Positions 10,576 through 18,518 of a DNA stretch of 64,000 nt are shown here, piece by piece. Source of the DNA: Terriglobia bacterium (lineage in GTDB: Bacteria; Acidobacteriota; Terriglobia; 20CM-2-55-15); NCBI GenBank assembly GCA_965198225.1, contig CBDAOY010000008.1, positions 288,001 through 352,000 of the forward strand, written 5' to 3'. Every line of letters starts with the position of its first letter. Within the stretch, counting starts at the first letter, position 1. The notes under the pieces are model-generated. The model worked only from the letters and a program-made list of their open reading frames with translations. It made no database searches and was not told where the DNA came from. The position numbers and the translations under genes are program-made.

Positions 10576-11496
10576 ATGTTTGACTTGAAGGGCATTGTGC
10601 CTCCCATGGTGACACCATTCGACGAGTCGGGTGAGGTCATCTATTCCGACTTTGAGAGCAACATCGGAGGATACCTGGAAGCCGGTGTTGAAGGGTATCT
10701 CGTGCTGGGCTCGAACGGCGAATCGGTCTATCTGGAACACGATGAGAAGCTCAAACTCATCGAAGCCGCCCGCAGATGCGTGCCTGAATCGATGATGCTG
10801 CTTGCCGGAACCGGCTTGGAGTCGACCCGGGCAACGATCCAGCTCACCCGTGAGTCAGCCGACCGCGGCGTGGACGGAGTCCTGGTCAAAAACCCGTTCT
10901 ACTACAAGAGCCGCATGACGTCCGACGTGTACCTGGCTCACTACACGGCCGTCGCGGACGCATCGCCGGTGCCCGTGGTTCTCTACAACGTTCCGATGTT
11001 TACGGGGATTTCGATGGAAGCGCCGCTGATGATCGAGCTGGCGAAGCATCCGAACATCCGCGGAGTCAAGGAGAGTGCCGGGAACGTTCAACTGATCTCC
11101 GAGATGGCCTGGGCGACGACGGATGATGATTTTCCGATACTCGCCGGAGCGGCTCCGACGCTGTTTCCCAACATGACAGCCGGCGCCCGTGGGGGCATCG
11201 TCGCGCTCGCGTGCGCTGCCCCGGGGATCATGATCCGGTTGTACCGCGCTGTCGAGGAGGGGGATCATGGTCTGGCAGCGGCGATGCAGCGCATCGTGGC
11301 GCCTTCCGCCCTCGCCGTTACGGCCAGGTACGGGATTCCCGGTCTGAAGGCGGCCATGGAGTTCGAGGGTCTCAGGCCCGGGTTGCCGCGCTCCCCGTTG
11401 CTGCCGCTGGGCGCATCCGAACGCAAGGACCTGGAGCGAACCCTGGAATGGATGAACAGCCAGGCCGCCGAAGTGAGGGTCGAATCTCACGCCTAG
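10576..11496 (+). CDS. Dihydrodipicolinate synthase (DapA)/HOGA-family aldolase
   Basis: GIVPPMVTPF, GSNGE (not GTTGE), LYNVP, GVKES Schiff-base lysine. Confidence 0.9.
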   Translation: MFDLKGIVPPMVTPFDESGEVIYSDFESNIGGYLEAGVEGYLVLGSNGESVYLEHDEKLKLIEAARRCVPESMMLLAGTGLESTRATIQLTRESADRGVDGVLVKNPFYYKSRMTSDVYLAHYTAVADASPVPVVLYNVPMFTGISMEAPLMIELAKHPNIRGVKESAGNVQLISEMAWATTDDDFPILAGAAPTLFPNMTAGARGGIVALACAAPGIMIRLYRAVEEGDHGLAAAMQRIVAPSALAVTARYGIPGLKAAMEFEGLRPGLPRSPLLPLGASERKDLERTLEWMNSQAAEVRVESHA

Positions 11497-11560
11497 TGGC
11501 CTGAAGCATGGGAAGCATCGACCTCAAGACAAGGCATCGGTCCGGGACGCGACGCCCGTA

Positions 11561-13093
11561 ATGCAGATTCCATTCGATGCCCTCCCATCCGCGTCTGGTT
11601 TCTTCCTCGATTACACACTCAACTGGAAAAAGGTCAGTCGGTTCTACTCCTCTCCCTACACGCTGGGTGGGATCGCGAAGTTTGCCAGGGACTTGCCCGG
11701 TGCCGACATCGCCCACCTGGAGCGATTGTGCGTGGCTCTCGAAGCCCGACAACGGGGTTGGGATGGGGAGAACCTCGGTGTGAAAAAGCTCGCCGCGGGC
11801 GCCGTGGCAGTGCTTGCCGGGCAGCAACCGGGTTTGTTCACCGGCCCCCTGTACTCGATCTTGAAGGCGCTTACGGCGGTCAAGATTGCCAGGAAGCTGG
11901 AGGGAATGGATATTCCCGCCGTCCCCGTGTTCTGGATAGCGGCCGAAGACCACGACCATGCGGAGATCGAGTGGGCCGCGGTCCTGGATCGAGACTCGAC
12001 ACTGCACAGGATAAGAACGGAACTGTCAGATGGAGGCCGTACCCCGGTTGGGTGGCTGACGTTTGGCGATGATGTGACGAAGGCTGTCGACGACTGTTTC
12101 GATCTCCTGCCGCAGTCGGAATTCCACCAAGACGTCCGCTCCGTGGTTGGCCGGGCCTATCGTCCAGGGTCCTCACCGGTCGATGCGTTCGCGCGAATGA
12201 TGGTACGTCTGTTCTCGGGTACCGACCTGGTTCTGGCGGACCCGCTGGATTCGGGTTTGAGGGGTTTGGCCGAACCAGTTCTCCAGCGCGCCGCTCGGTC
12301 CAACGACGACATCCGCCGGGCCGTAATCGTGCGAACTGGAGAGATTTCCGAGGCCGGCTATCAACCGCAGGTCCGAGTGGATCGCAACTTTACCGGGCTG
12401 TTTACCTACAACGGTCGCTCCCGTGATCCGGTCCGACCCGATGACGCCGTCGATGGTTCGGACCTGAGTCCGAACGTCCTGATGCGGCCCGTGGTGCAGG
12501 ACTCCATTTTTCCGACGGCAGCTTATGTCGGGGGGCCGGCTGAGGTCGCCTATTTTGCGCAGGCGGCTCCTATCTATGAATGTCTTGGAAAGACTATGCC
12601 ACCGGTGTTCCCGCGCATTACCGCGACGCTGATCGAACCGCCGGTAGTCCGAGTGATGAACAAATATGCCCTGGGCGCGGAGGATCTGTTCGCGGGGCGG
12701 GACCAGCTGAGAAAGCGCGCCGTCGGTGCGGTCCACGACGCACGGGTCTTCGAGGAGGTCCGCGAGAACGTTGCCGTCGAGGTCGAGCGTTTGAGACCGG
12801 CTCTCGCCCGGATCGATCCGACTTTGGCCGGGGCATTGGATAATTCGCGCCAGAAGATGATGCATCAGGTCGAGAGTCTGCAGGCCCGATTCGTGAGTGC
12901 CGAGATTCGCCGGAGCGAAGTTCTCGACCGCCACCTGAGCACATTTACGAACCGGCTGTTTCCCGACAAGAGGCTCCAGGAGAGGGTCGTCAACGTGACT
13001 TCCTTCCTGGTGCGATACGGCCTCGGACTGGTTCCCCTGCTCGATGAACGAACGGAACTGGGCATCTCCGCCCACCAGGTCGTCGAATTATGA
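11561..13093 (+). CDS. bshC: Bacillithiol biosynthesis cysteine-adding enzyme BshC
   Basis: GQQPGLFTGPLY, FWIAAEDHD, SPNVLMRP, YVGGPAEVAYFAQ, LQERV. Confidence 0.95.
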   Translation: MQIPFDALPSASGFFLDYTLNWKKVSRFYSSPYTLGGIAKFARDLPGADIAHLERLCVALEARQRGWDGENLGVKKLAAGAVAVLAGQQPGLFTGPLYSILKALTAVKIARKLEGMDIPAVPVFWIAAEDHDHAEIEWAAVLDRDSTLHRIRTELSDGGRTPVGWLTFGDDVTKAVDDCFDLLPQSEFHQDVRSVVGRAYRPGSSPVDAFARMMVRLFSGTDLVLADPLDSGLRGLAEPVLQRAARSNDDIRRAVIVRTGEISEAGYQPQVRVDRNFTGLFTYNGRSRDPVRPDDAVDGSDLSPNVLMRPVVQDSIFPTAAYVGGPAEVAYFAQAAPIYECLGKTMPPVFPRITATLIEPPVVRVMNKYALGAEDLFAGRDQLRKRAVGAVHDARVFEEVRENVAVEVERLRPALARIDPTLAGALDNSRQKMMHQVESLQARFVSAEIRRSEVLDRHLSTFTNRLFPDKRLQERVVNVTSFLVRYGLGLVPLLDERTELGISAHQVVEL

Positions 13094-13109
13094 TCTGTGG
13101 AAGAGAGTC

Positions 13110-14252
13110 ATGAAGATTGGCATTACCTGTTATCCCACATACGGCGGCAGCGGTGTCGTCGGCACCGAGCTTGGCAAGGAACTCGCGGTGTACGGTCACG
13201 AGGTTCACTTCATCAGCTACGCGTTACCGATACGCCTGACGATGACCGATCGCGTCTACTTTCACGAGGTGGAGGTGCTGTCCTATCCGCTCTTCGAATA
13301 CCCGCCCTACGATCTGGTTCTCGCGACCAAGATGGCAGAGGTAACCACCAAGTTCGATCTCGACATCCTGCACGTCCACTACGCGATACCCCATTCGATC
13401 AGTGCCTTCCTCGCCAAGAAGATGCTGCCGGACAGGTCGGTCCCGTTCGTGACCACCTTGCACGGAACCGACATCACGCTCGTGGGAAACGATCGGTCTT
13501 ACCTTCCGATTACCCGGTTCGGCATCGACGAGAGCGACGCGGTTACCGCCGTGTCGGAGTACCTGCGCGAGAGAACCATCAAGGAGTTCGGTACTCGGAA
13601 GGAGATTGAAGTCGTCCCAAACTTCGTCAACTGCGAGGTGTTTCGGAAGTCGCTCGATTCAGAGTTCCGTTCACAGTTTGCTGCCGCCGATGAAGCCTTG
13701 ATGATCCACATCTCGAACTTTCGGCCGGTCAAGCGAGTCGACGATGTCATCGAGGTGTTCGACCGGGTGCGCCGGAAGAAAAAGGTCAAGTTGTTGATGG
13801 TTGGCGACGGTCCCGATCGACCTAAAGCGGAATGGCTGGCGGAAGTGAAGGAGATCGCCGGCGACGTCCACTTCCTGGGCAAGCGCAACGACATGGATCG
13901 CCTCCTTTCGGTAGCCGACGTCCTGATGCTGCCGAGCGAGCTCGAATCGTTCGGGCTGGTTGCCCTCGAGGCGATGGCCTCGGAGGTTCCGGTGATCGCG
14001 ACGCGTGTCGGTGGGGTGGCTGAGGTCGTGGACGACGGTGTGGACGGCTTTCTGTTCGATGTCGCCGATCTCGAGTCGATGGCAGACGCCGCAGCGTCCA
14101 TCCTTTCGGATCCAGACCTGCGAACCCGGATGGGGCAGGCCGGAAGGGAGCACGCGAAGCGGAACTTCTGCCACGATCGCATCGTCGGTCAATACGCCGA
14201 TCTGTACAGTCGGACCATCGAGCGAGTGCACTCGGCAGAACGGGCGTCTTGA
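13110..14252 (+). CDS. bshA: N-acetyl-alpha-D-glucosaminyl L-malate synthase BshA
   Basis: MKIGITCYPTYGGSG, HVHYAIPH, TLHGTDIT, SNFRPVKR, ESFGLVALEA. Confidence 0.97.
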   Translation: MKIGITCYPTYGGSGVVGTELGKELAVYGHEVHFISYALPIRLTMTDRVYFHEVEVLSYPLFEYPPYDLVLATKMAEVTTKFDLDILHVHYAIPHSISAFLAKKMLPDRSVPFVTTLHGTDITLVGNDRSYLPITRFGIDESDAVTAVSEYLRERTIKEFGTRKEIEVVPNFVNCEVFRKSLDSEFRSQFAAADEALMIHISNFRPVKRVDDVIEVFDRVRRKKKVKLLMVGDGPDRPKAEWLAEVKEIAGDVHFLGKRNDMDRLLSVADVLMLPSELESFGLVALEAMASEVPVIATRVGGVAEVVDDGVDGFLFDVADLESMADAAASILSDPDLRTRMGQAGREHAKRNFCHDRIVGQYADLYSRTIERVHSAERAS

Positions 14253-14325
14253 TTGCATGCACTCTGCATCTGAGAGCAAGCCCTCAGGCCTAAAGATCAA
14301 CCGTGTAGTTTCTTAGAAAGAAGCG

Positions 14326-14419
14326 GTAACGTTTTTCCCGTGGCGCGTGTCTTATAAGTAACAAGATTTCCTCCACGCCATAACGTGACCCGCGGTCTCA
14401 CCCGCCGCGGGCTTTTTTT
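14326..14419 (+). ncRNA. Candidate small RNA (~60 nt) with an ECF-type promoter and intrinsic terminator
   Basis: GTAAC-N16-GTGTCTTATA, then UUUCCUCC, small CACG/CGTG hairpin, CCCGCGG/CCGCGGG stem and U7. Confidence 0.45.
14389..14419 (+). terminator. Rho-independent terminator
   Basis: CCCGCGG-tctcacccg-CCGCGGG-C-T7. Confidence 0.8.
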
Positions 14420-14498
14420 GCTTCAGTCGGAAACTACCGCTTGCTGCGCTAGCGCGCATTTCTCACCGGGATCCGCCAGACAACGTTCGGAGCTCCTA

Positions 14499-14620
14499 AA
14501 TTCGGGGACGGAGACCGAATTTTTGGGAACCGAAAACGACGGTCTGATGGTCCGGGTAATTCGGTCTCCGTCCCCGATCTCCTCGGTTTTGTGAATTCGG
14601 TCTCCGTCCCCGAATTCCCC
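14499..14620. repeat. Palindromic REP/MITE-like repeat A (other copy 38477-38561, inverted)
   Basis: AATTCGGGGACGGAGACCGA arms around a conserved spacer; an extra third arm in this copy. Confidence 0.88.
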
Positions 14621-14646
14621 ACGGGTCTAAAACGCTGAAAACAAGA

Positions 14647-14719
14647 AGCCAACGAGCGGATTTGAACCGCTGACCTGCTGATTACGAATCAGCTGCTCTA
14701 CCAGCTGAGCTACGTTGGC
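14647..14719 (-). tRNA. tRNA-Thr (CGT)
   Basis: GCCAACG/CGTTGGC acceptor stem, AGCTGGTA D-loop, CTGAT-TTCGTAA-TCAG anticodon arm, GGTTCAAATCC T-arm; CCA not encoded. Confidence 0.97.
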
Positions 14720-14901
14720 AAAAAAATGCTCACCCAGAGGGTGAGCAAGAGTTGTAAAGAGAAAAAGGATTCACCCCGCAGGACGGGGCGGAAAAGCTCC
14801 AATGCATCCATAATTTAAATAGGGGGTTGAGGCTTGTCAACCAAAATCATCGAAGGCGCTTCGAAGGCCTTCACTTTCATCAGCTTGGGGAGAATTGCGC
14901 T

Positions 14902-15975
14902 CTACTGGTTGAGCTGCCGCGGCGTAACTGACTGATCTATATTGAGTTGTATGAATCCTTCATCATGGCCGCCCCCGAACCCTCGGTTCGGGTACCGTGT
15001 TTTCATATAGATGCGGAGCCCGCCAAAACCGACTCCGGCGACCACCGTGAACGCGAGCGCAATTCCAATCCACGTAAAGATCGTCAGGATCATGTAGGGC
15101 AACGTCAAAGCGCCCGGAAGCGGCTCGTTCCACGTCACCTGAGACTCGTAGTTCACCGTCGAAAGGATCGATCCCCAGACGTCGGGATCGGTGGTTTCCT
15201 GGATGATCGCGACCAGAGGGCCGGAACGTTTGTGCGGCGTGATGCTGCCCGTTGCGGCGAGCCAGTTCTCTGAATGTTGTTTGGCGAGTTGCTGCGTCGG
15301 GTAGAGAAGCATCACGAGCCGTGCTTGGGTTGCTTCGGTCCTGTATCGGGCGACGGCCACTTCGACGCTGTCGTCGAAACCAAAATGAGCGGACTCGAGT
15401 CCGACCGAATCTTCGAACATCAACGGGTCGAGGATGTACTGCTCCGACCCCGCCACAAGACCCTCCGGGGGAAGATGCCGGGATACTGGAGGCTTGGCCG
15501 ATCGCCCGACGATGTTCGCTGATAGAATTTTGGCGAGACCTTCAACAGCGAGACTGGAACCAGCAAGTCGGGCGACGTACTTGGACTGCCAGAAGACCAG
15601 CTCGTCACCGAGTCGGTAGCCCTCGGCCCCGACCGGAGACAACTCGAATCCGTCGCGACCCCGCTCCCGCTCGAGCGTGAACAGACCGAACGCCGCAGTC
15701 GATTCGATCATCTCATAGAGCGTCGTCTCGACGCGTCCGTCCCGTCCATCGAACGTCACCAGCGAAGCCCCGATCAGGCCGTACTTTCGAACGGCTCGGG
15801 CGTTGTCGCCTGCAAGGGTCTCGATGTCGTCCTCGCCGTACTCGACCGGCTCGGATGCCGCTTCCCACGCCGTCTCATCGACGATCCACGCAATCAGGGT
15901 CTCTCTGTTCTGCGCTTCGAGAGTCGCGGGAAACAGCAACACGACGACCCATAGCCACAATGGGGTTCTCATCAT
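14902..15975 (-). CDS. Exported protein with C-terminal TM anchor (DUF6599-like, uncharacterised)
   Basis: Signal peptide; LYEMIESTAAFGLFT; YPTQQLA; C-terminal TM then GFGGLR. Confidence 0.65.
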   Translation of the reverse strand: MMRTPLWLWVVVLLFPATLEAQNRETLIAWIVDETAWEAASEPVEYGEDDIETLAGDNARAVRKYGLIGASLVTFDGRDGRVETTLYEMIESTAAFGLFTLERERGRDGFELSPVGAEGYRLGDELVFWQSKYVARLAGSSLAVEGLAKILSANIVGRSAKPPVSRHLPPEGLVAGSEQYILDPLMFEDSVGLESAHFGFDDSVEVAVARYRTEATQARLVMLLYPTQQLAKQHSENWLAATGSITPHKRSGPLVAIIQETTDPDVWGSILSTVNYESQVTWNEPLPGALTLPYMILTIFTWIGIALAFTVVAGVGFGGLRIYMKTRYPNRGFGGGHDEGFIQLNIDQSVTPRQLNQ

Positions 15976-15991
15976 TCCGACCGGTAGGTCA

Positions 15992-17665
15992 CTACTCTCG
16001 AATTCTGGCGGCCCGAAAGCCGCTCAAGGTATCCGAGTACGATCTTACACCTTCGAAGAGAGCCTCGGCAATCTGATGCCGGCGATCCTCGCCTCTCAGA
16101 AGTCGTTCGTCGTCTGGATTGCTGATGAAGGAAACCTCGGCGAGGATGGATGGCATGTTGGCGCCGATCAACACGACGAACGGGGCCTGCTTGACGCCGC
16201 GATCCTTGCCGAAATGTTTTCTGGTCGCCAGCGATCTCTGAACATGCGCAGCGAACTCGCGGGACTCGTCCACTTTGTCCCGCAATATGATTTTGCTGAC
16301 GATGTCCTGGAGCTCGGATATGGACCGCTGGGATGCCGCGTTCTCCCGCGCCGCGATCTGAAGACCTTCTCTGGATGTTGTGAAGTTCAGGAAGTAAGTC
16401 TCGAAACCCCGGATCGAGCTGATGTGACTGGCATTGGCGTGGATGGAAAGGAACAGGTCGGCTTCGGCTTGGTTTGCGATCGCGGTTCGATTCTCGAGCG
16501 GGACGAAGGCATCGTCTTCCCGCGTCATGACGACCTCGGCTCCGAGTTCGGTTTCGATCCTTTCCTTCAGCTTGCGGGCGATGTCGAGCACCAGCGCTTT
16601 TTCCGTTAGACCTGTCGGACCAATCGTGCCTGTATCTTTCCCGCCGTGCCCGGCGTCGATGACAACCCGCCCCACCTTCAGGCCGAGACTGCGAATCAGC
16701 GAATGATCCCCGTTCGCGGTCGGGCGTGCGGGTGTTCCGACCGGGTCGTCGGCCGCTTCGGCGCTTTGCTCGGAGGCTTCTTCCGGTTCGATCGCGGGTG
16801 TTGCCGGATCGGGAGTGCCCTGCGGTTCGCTTCGCGTGACTGATCCCAGCTCCAGGTCCCCAACCACGTCGATCACCAGGCGGTCGGGTTCCCGCAGCGT
16901 GAACGTGGTGACGTTGGTGAGTTGGACCAGGTCGAGAACCACACGCACGGTGTCGGAATCATGCTGAGCGACCCGAATTTTTTCGAGCATCCCCGATTCC
17001 ACAGGGAAGGCACTGTTTCGGAGTGCCTCGCTCAGCCGGGCATCGGCGATATCCACGAAGACCCGGGCCGGATCCTTCGCGTCGCCCTGCGTGAAGATCG
17101 GTCTTCCGCCCAGATCGACGACCACCCGCACCGATTTCTTGGACTCCCAATAGCGGATGCTGTCGACTGATGTGAGCGACGTTCGGGTGGCGAGGGCTGG
17201 CTCAAGATCGCTTTCCGCCGGGGCATCGCTTTCGAGTTCTCCGCCGGCTTCCTCGGCGGTCTGGACCAGGACCGGTTCCACCGTGGGCGGATTCATCAGG
17301 TGGTCAATGTTTTCACGGGCGCTGGAAATGAAACGAGATCCGGGATACTCCCGGATCAGGAACTGGAGTGTCTTGATGGCGTCCCTGGCATCGTCGATTT
17401 CCTGGTAGAGTGCGGCGATATTGATGAGCGCGTTGTCGGCGTACCCCGTGTGCGGGGTAATCAGGTACACACGCTCGTAGAGGCGGATGACACGCAGGTA
17501 TGCCGAGCGGGCGCGTTCCCCGATCGGCTTCTCCTTGAGTGCGGCTTCTTCCTGTTGGGCTGCCTGGTAGGCGTCGCTGGCACGCTGGCGGAGGGACTGC
17601 CCGAAGCCCGCGGACGCCATGACGAGCGCGATCAGGAGAACTGGAATGAGCCTGAGCTTTAGCAT
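15992..17665 (-). CDS. N-acetylmuramoyl-L-alanine amidase (TPR, AMIN, Amidase_3; AmiC-like)
   Basis: VVIDAGHGGKD, LSIHAN, PSILAEVSF; RVVVDL/RLVIDV AMIN repeats. Confidence 0.95.
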   Translation of the reverse strand: MLKLRLIPVLLIALVMASAGFGQSLRQRASDAYQAAQQEEAALKEKPIGERARSAYLRVIRLYERVYLITPHTGYADNALINIAALYQEIDDARDAIKTLQFLIREYPGSRFISSARENIDHLMNPPTVEPVLVQTAEEAGGELESDAPAESDLEPALATRTSLTSVDSIRYWESKKSVRVVVDLGGRPIFTQGDAKDPARVFVDIADARLSEALRNSAFPVESGMLEKIRVAQHDSDTVRVVLDLVQLTNVTTFTLREPDRLVIDVVGDLELGSVTRSEPQGTPDPATPAIEPEEASEQSAEAADDPVGTPARPTANGDHSLIRSLGLKVGRVVIDAGHGGKDTGTIGPTGLTEKALVLDIARKLKERIETELGAEVVMTREDDAFVPLENRTAIANQAEADLFLSIHANASHISSIRGFETYFLNFTTSREGLQIAARENAASQRSISELQDIVSKIILRDKVDESREFAAHVQRSLATRKHFGKDRGVKQAPFVVLIGANMPSILAEVSFISNPDDERLLRGEDRRHQIAEALFEGVRSYSDTLSGFRAARIRE

Positions 17666-17734
17666 CCGTCGCAGAATACGGCCCGAAATCGGGTGCCGTC
17701 CTTCCGTCGGCCCCGGATGTCCGGTTACTCGCGA

Positions 17735-18496
17735 CTACCGCTTCGGTCCGACGTTGGAGAAGTGCGATACTCCACGGTCGTCTACCGTACGGTAGAGCGC
17801 GGGTGCAGGAGGCTTCGCGGCCTCCTCTTTCGCAATCTGGCTGACAGGCTCCGAAACAACCGGTCGCGGTTTCGGTGCGACCGGCGCTGCGGACCGGGCT
17901 TGGGCGTGAATCTTGCGGTACGCCGCCTGGACTTTCCGCACATAGTTTTGCGTTTCGGGAATTCGCGGAATCCGACCGAGGCGCGCCACCCGGTTCTCAC
18001 CCGAGTTGTAGGCCGCCAGCGACAGATCCAGCCTCCCCGGGAACATATCGAGCAGGAGTCGGAGGTATCGGACACCGCCTTCGATATTCTGTGCCGGGTC
18101 GAAGAAATCGCGAACCCCGAACCGCTTGCCGGTTGCCGGAATGAGTTGCATCAGACCCCGGGCGCCCTTGTGTGAAACCGCACGACGATCGAAATTGGAT
18201 TCGACCTGGATCACCGCCCGGACCAGCGACGGGTCGACCCGGTGTCTGGTCGAAATGGTGTCGATCAGCCCGTCTATGGTGCCCACCGTCCTTGGTGGGG
18301 TCACGGCGATGGACGGGATCGCTGTCGGTGTGACGGGTATGGTTTCCGTGACGGCCGGGGTGTAGTCAGCGAGATTGGTGAAAACGATCTTGCCCTCCCT
18401 GTTCACGAACGCCGTGATGCGGTCGTCCGCCCACACCTGCGAAGTCCCCAGCAGGAGTAGAATCGCACCCACTCCGATGAGCTGTCTCGTTTTCAT
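17735..18496 (-). CDS. Lytic transglycosylase (SLT domain)
   Basis: VIQVESNF, GARGLMQL, LAAYNSG, ETQNYV; signal peptide from M at 18496. Confidence 0.93.
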   Translation of the reverse strand: MKTRQLIGVGAILLLLGTSQVWADDRITAFVNREGKIVFTNLADYTPAVTETIPVTPTAIPSIAVTPPRTVGTIDGLIDTISTRHRVDPSLVRAVIQVESNFDRRAVSHKGARGLMQLIPATGKRFGVRDFFDPAQNIEGGVRYLRLLLDMFPGRLDLSLAAYNSGENRVARLGRIPRIPETQNYVRKVQAAYRKIHAQARSAAPVAPKPRPVVSEPVSQIAKEEAAKPPAPALYRTVDDRGVSHFSNVGPKR

Positions 18497-18518
18497 TTCG
18501 AACACAACAGACTGTGGT

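Noticed and set aside
14640-14900. Integrative element at tRNA-Thr
   Set aside because: No integrase, no duplicated tRNA 3' end seen in the window, and housekeeping genes on both sides.
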